A stretch of 39,443 nucleotides of DNA, from positions 1 to 39,443 of the forward strand of contig JBKHIT010000046.1 in NCBI GenBank assembly GCA_046538485.1, in the 5' to 3' direction. Of this stretch, positions 35,210 to 39,443 are shown piece by piece. Below the pieces are notes generated by a model. That model saw nothing but the letters and a program-made list of their open reading frames with translations, was not told the origin of the DNA and did no database searches. The first letter of the stretch is position 1; every line of letters starts with the position of its first letter. The stretch is from Candidatus Brocadiia bacterium (lineage in GTDB: Bacteria; Planctomycetota; Brocadiia; SM23-32). A program made the translations under genes and the position numbers.

Positions 35210-36823
35210 GTGTGCCGTGGAAAGGCACAGGACTTCAGCAGGAGATTATACCTGCCCGGCAGGCTGTTGCTCCAACCGGTAGCAATCGGAGCCGTTTGTG
35301 GAGGTAACGAAACGACGGAAGCACTCCGATGCAAAAGGATCACGTAGGTGATCAAGCGAGATCGCAGGCCCAACGCGAGTGAACGCCAAGAAGGCCTCGA
35401 AAAGGGTAATGTGGAGGCTGACCCGCTTGAAATTCGGGGAAAGCCGCTGGCGATGGTGAGGAGAGCGACCTGTAGCCATCGGCTCCACCGGGGCAATTGG
35501 CGAGGGCATGTGATCACAGGAGTCCTGTAGCAACACGGGAGCCCCTGTGCGGAAAAAGGCGTCCCAACGGGATGCCGAAACTGATGGCCCGTGAGGGCAT
35601 GGTCAGGCCGCGGAGGGAGTCGGAAGGGCACGTAGTACTGAAGAGGTCGCAGAAACGCGACGGAGGAAAGGTGCCTGAGGTTCAGTATAGATGCCGGAAG
35701 CGGGCTGCAGCCGATTTTTGAGGCGGACTTACATCCGCAGCAGCACGGGTATAGGCCCGGACACAGTGCCAAAAAGGCAGTTCAGCAGGTGCATCGAATG
35801 GTAAGCCGAGGCCACACGGACGTGGTGGACGCGGACCTGAGCGGGTATTTTGATAGTATTCCGCATCGGGAGCTGATGAAGTCAGTATCTCGCCGCATCA
35901 GTGATGGGGCCGTTCTGGAACTCATCGAGATGTGGCTGGAGATGCCGGTGGAGGAGACCGATGACGACGGAAACACCCGCCGCAGCACCCGAGCCAGAGA
36001 CGAGCGGAGAGGCACCCCACAGGGAGCCTCAATCAGCCCACTTCTGGCCAATATCTACATGCGCCGGTTCATGGTGGCATGGGGGGTGCTGGGGATGGCC
36101 GAAACACTGAAAGCCCGTATTGTAAACTACGCCGATGATTTTGTGATATGTTGCCGCGATGCGGCCGGACAAGCCATGGCGGCGATGCAAAATCTGATGG
36201 AGCGGCTGGGGCTCACAGCGGGAGAGGAAAAGACCCGCCGACGCAGGCTGCCAGAGGAGTCCATAACGTTTCTGGGATACCGGATCGGACGCTGCTATTC
36301 ACCAAAGAACGGGCGCGCCTACATAGGCACAGTCCCGGAGAAGAAGAAGGTGAAGAGATTGTTTCGTGAGATAAGCGAGCAGACATCAGCAAAGCACGTC
36401 ACCGAAGACGCAGGCACGATTGTAGGAAAGCTCAACGCGAAGCTGCGCGGCTGGGCCAACTATTTCTGTCTGGGACCGGTAAGCAAGCTTTACCGGGCGA
36501 TTGACGCGCACGTTCGAAAACGGTTTCGCCAGTGGCTGGCGCGGAAGCATAAGGTGAATGGGTTAGCGCCATGCCGGTGGTCCGACGACTACCTGCACGG
36601 TCAACTCGGATTGATCAAACTCACCGACATGCCGCGGCAGATTCCGTGAGCGAAGGGCGTGATAAGCTGACCGAAAGCCGGATGCGGGAGATCCGCACGT
36701 CCGGTCCCGCGAGAGGGATGTGGAAACGGAGTGCATGGTCAGGCTATTTAGGCACTCGTAGACGAAAGGGCGAGCCCCAGATAAGCCGGGCCTAAACGCC
36801 ACCGCGCCACATCTCGACTCTAC
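35210..36823 (+). mobile_element. Group II intron (IIB-like ribozyme) with internally deleted IEP gene
   Basis: 5' GTGTG; DI closed by CCGTG/CACGG and ACAGGACT (35227-35234)/AGTCCTGT (35521-35528); DIII GAGTCGGAAGGGCACGTAGTAC...GGAGGAAAGGTGCCT; DV AGCCGGATGCGGGAGATCCGCACGTCCGG; DVI with bulged A at 36817; 3' end CTCTAC; EBS1/EBS2 match the 5' exon. Confidence 0.93.
35705..36649 (+). pseudogene. ltrA: N-terminally truncated group II intron reverse transcriptase/maturase (no endonuclease domain)
   Basis: Frame starts abruptly at LQPIFEADL (end of RT2), then VVDADLSGYFD, GTPQG, NYADDF, FLGY and maturase LN..LRGWANYF. In-frame TGA at 35639 and no ATG/GTG/TTG between it and the RT2 remnant. Confidence 0.9.
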
Positions 36824-36994
36824 TGAATTCAACGGCATAATTGTTATAACGATATGGAAGAAAGCGACTTGGATGCAGTTTTTCGACATTTCTCATTGGC
36901 ACAGGGTGTACTTCGGCTGAAAAGAAAGGATTCATCCTCCGGGGGCGACGCTTGAAACATCCGGGTTAGAAATCCTGTGGCCTCAACCGGTCGC

Positions 36995-37822
36995 CTAAAG
37001 GGCGACGCTTTCGATGAACTCGCGATCTTGTCTGGCATTCTTCAGCACATCTTCGACATCAAAATTTACCGGATCTTCCACCACGCAGTTTTTGACGAAT
37101 TCAATTGAGAGATAGCCGTCAAACCCCGATTCCAAGATGTGTCCGAGAATGGCTTCGTAGTCAAGATCAGAGTCTTCCAGAAGTTCCATTTGCCCGTCGC
37201 AGCGGCCCTGCAGGTGGAGATGGATGATGTGATCCGAGAGTTTATCATAAAGCTCGATCGCTTCGTCGGTGTCCGCGAAATCATAAGGCTGCCAGCAAAT
37301 TTTTAATCTGTCGGAGCCGACATCATCCAGAAACCGCAGCAGAGCATCGGGATCGTCGGCGACTGTGCCACCGTGGGTTTCAAGCGGAACCAGAAAGCCC
37401 GGTTCTTCCGTTTTTTCAAGGGCTTGCCGGACAAACGCGACCGCCCGGTCCCATTTCCCATTCGATAAATCTTCGCTCGGCGTGCGTCCCGGCATCACCT
37501 TGAGGATATCGCTATCCAGAATGTCCACCCGTTCTGCCACTCGGCTCCAGTGGTCCAGTTCATCTTCCCGTTCCTCTTCGGGGACGACGAATCGGGGGTA
37601 CATTCCAATGATCGGGAAACTGATCCCGAGCGAATCGGCCGTTTCTTTCAGCAGCCCAACGGCGGCTCTATCGAGCAGATCAACGTGGTTCTGCCAGACT
37701 TCGACTGAATCGAACCCTGCTTCTTTTACCGGTAGCAGCAGGTCTCGGAGGTGAAAGTAGGGGATCTTTCCTTCTGTCCATCGATTCGGCTCCAGGGCAA
37801 TAGAATTCAACACGATTTTCAT
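36995..37822 (-). CDS. Sugar-phosphate isomerase/epimerase (xylose isomerase-like TIM barrel)
   Basis: AGFDSVEVW, LETHGGT, HLHL, DYEAIL....GFDGYLSIEF motifs. Confidence 0.85.
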   Translation of the reverse strand: MKIVLNSIALEPNRWTEGKIPYFHLRDLLLPVKEAGFDSVEVWQNHVDLLDRAAVGLLKETADSLGISFPIIGMYPRFVVPEEEREDELDHWSRVAERVDILDSDILKVMPGRTPSEDLSNGKWDRAVAFVRQALEKTEEPGFLVPLETHGGTVADDPDALLRFLDDVGSDRLKICWQPYDFADTDEAIELYDKLSDHIIHLHLQGRCDGQMELLEDSDLDYEAILGHILESGFDGYLSIEFVKNCVVEDPVNFDVEDVLKNARQDREFIESVAL

Positions 37823-37890
37823 GGGCTAATCCTGTAATAGTTAACCTATCGATCCATAACACTTCATTCGAACTAACCGTGAAATCCGAG

Positions 37891-38880
37891 CTACGCCATC
37901 CATTCCATCATTTCTTTCTGGACGGAGTAGGCCGAGGGTTCGTTTTCAAGATACCGCCGCACTTCTTCAATGACGTAAGCCCCCATTCTTTTGCATTCAT
38001 CACCCATCGCGCCGGCGATGTGGGGGGTCAAAAATACATTATCCAGTTCGTAGAGTGGACTGTTGCTTTCGGGGGGTTCGGGCCAGGTCACGTCCAGACA
38101 AGCGAAAATTCGGCCTTTTTTGAGCTCTTCGACCATTTCCTCGTGGCGGATAAGGGCGCCGCGGGCGGTGTTGATGAATACGGCGCCGTCTTTCATCGAT
38201 GCGAAATGCTGACCGGTTATCATCCCCTGTGTTGACTCGATATTGGGAGCGTGCAGAGTTACCACGTCGCAGAGCTTGAACATCTCCTCCAATTCGAGTG
38301 GCTTCGCATCGAGTTTGCGCAATTCTTTGTCGGACCGGTAGGGATCATATGCATAGCAATCTACATCGTAACGTTTGAGTCTTTCCAGAACTTTGCTGCC
38401 GATCATGCCGGCACCTATGATGCCCACTTTGGCCCTGTACAACCCGGGAATGTCCGAGGGCCTCTGGAAACTCTTTTCACGACATGTCTTCCGGCTGGCA
38501 AGGAAAGCTTTCTTCAGCCCCAGGGTAATCAATGCTACGGTCGTTTGAGCAACGGGGACGGCGTTGGCCGCCCAACTGCTTGTCAAAAGTATGTCCCGGT
38601 CCCAGAAAGCGTCGGTGACAAACCCCCTCACAGATCCTGCACCGTAGAAGACGGCTTCCAGATTCGGAGCCGCATCGAGAAACGCTTCGTCCAGTTTCAT
38701 CATCCCCCAACCGCTGCAGATGATTTCGGTTTTCGTGAGGAGGTTCTTCAGCGCATCGAAGTCGCCGACCAGATCGCAACAATCCTCAAGATCAAGCAGC
38801 TGATTGAGCGTGGATATGTGTTCCTCGCCGTAAATGCGATCCCGATTGGATGGTGGCAGAAGTAGCATTGCCTTTTTCAT
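37891..38880 (-). CDS. D-isomer-specific 2-hydroxyacid dehydrogenase (SerA/PtxD-like family)
   Basis: GAGSVR, NAVPVA, GIIGAGMIG, YDPY, INTARG, LDV..PEP, TPHIAG. Confidence 0.92.
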   Translation of the reverse strand: MKKAMLLLPPSNRDRIYGEEHISTLNQLLDLEDCCDLVGDFDALKNLLTKTEIICSGWGMMKLDEAFLDAAPNLEAVFYGAGSVRGFVTDAFWDRDILLTSSWAANAVPVAQTTVALITLGLKKAFLASRKTCREKSFQRPSDIPGLYRAKVGIIGAGMIGSKVLERLKRYDVDCYAYDPYRSDKELRKLDAKPLELEEMFKLCDVVTLHAPNIESTQGMITGQHFASMKDGAVFINTARGALIRHEEMVEELKKGRIFACLDVTWPEPPESNSPLYELDNVFLTPHIAGAMGDECKRMGAYVIEEVRRYLENEPSAYSVQKEMMEWMA

Positions 38881-38911
38881 GGTTTTTTGCCTTTATATTG
38901 TTTGTTCTCTG

Positions 38912-39443
38912 TCAGTTTTCCTCGGAAGACAAAGCCGAGTTATTGTCGAGGAACGTTTTGAATGCTTCACGGAAACTCCGCATTGCGGCCCCCCGATGAC
39001 TGAACTTGTGTTTTTCTTCAGGAACCATCTGGGCAAACGTTTTTCCCGCCGGCAGATATAGAAAGACCGGATCGTATCCGAAGCCCCGCCCACCTCGCCG
39101 CTGGCGGGTGATTTTCCCATCACAACGTCCATCGGCGGTAAGGATAATATTGCCTTCGGGATCCGACAGGGCTATGTGACACTGGAAATGGGCCTGGCGT
39201 TCCCCATCAGCAACGTTTCGCATTTCTCGAAGCAATTTCCGGCACACATCACGGTAGGTGCCGTGGGGACCGGCATAACGAGCACTACGCACTCCGGGTT
39301 TTCCCCCGAGCGCGTCCACGCACAGGCCGGAGTCATCTGCTACCGCGAAAAACCCTGTGTAGAGCGCCATTTCTGAAGCTTTCTTCGCCGCATTTCCCTC
39401 GAAGGTGTCTCTATCTTCCTTTACCTCTGGAGCACCGGGGTAG
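38912..39443 (-). CDS. rdgB: Non-canonical purine NTP pyrophosphatase (RdgB/Ham1), 5' end outside window
   Basis: Frame open to the window edge: EVKEDRDTFEGNAAKKA, ADDSGL.VDALGG.PGV.SARYAG, GFGYDPVF, TFAQM, K...SHRG. Confidence 0.95.
   Translation of the reverse strand, partial: YPGAPEVKEDRDTFEGNAAKKASEMALYTGFFAVADDSGLCVDALGGKPGVRSARYAGPHGTYRDVCRKLLREMRNVADGERQAHFQCHIALSDPEGNIILTADGRCDGKITRQRRGGRGFGYDPVFLYLPAGKTFAQMVPEEKHKFSHRGAAMRSFREAFKTFLDNNSALSSEEN

Noticed and set aside
35044..35772. 242-aa antisense ORF and small ORFs inside the intron
   Set aside because: Shadow ORFs over GC-rich ribozyme domains I-III.
35705..36649. RT as retron, DGR or CRISPR-associated RT
   Set aside because: It is embedded in a complete group II ribozyme with a maturase domain; no msr/msd, TR/VR pair or cas genes.
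1..39443. CRISPR array, rRNA/tRNA genes, prophage or IS transposase
   Set aside because: No regularly spaced repeats, cloverleafs, or phage/transposase ORFs were seen; the many long antisense ORFs are shadows of the genes called above.

Overview
A 39.4-kb, gene-dense bacterial chromosomal window. Gene content suggests Planctomycetota (inference from the rpsA N-terminus, cmk-plsC-rpsA order, MoxR, PEGA protein and a DLG-type Ser/Thr kinase), and the acidic cytoplasmic proteins hint at a saline habitat. Housekeeping genes (rpsA partial, plsC, cmk, pdxA, ribE, RluA, asnB, rarA, thrS, lolE-like, polX, rdgB partial) are mixed with a membrane phospho-signalling trio (FHA protein, DUF4438-like protein, kinase with a putative lectin-fold ectodomain), sugar-catabolic genes and a split spermidine-synthase-like pair. 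The only clear mobile element is a group II intron (35210-36823). Its ends and EBS1/EBS2-IBS pairings are intact, but its RT gene has lost the start and RT0-RT2 by internal deletion. No rRNA, tRNA or CRISPR array was seen. No new system can be proven from sequence alone. The best candidates are the FHA-DUF4438-kinase module, a sugar operon ending in a stand-alone B12 methyltransferase-activation protein behind a palindromic operator, a possible tRNA-Thr anticodon mimic in the thrS leader, a CTG-initiated pdxA, and long inverted-repeat structures in most large intergenic gaps.
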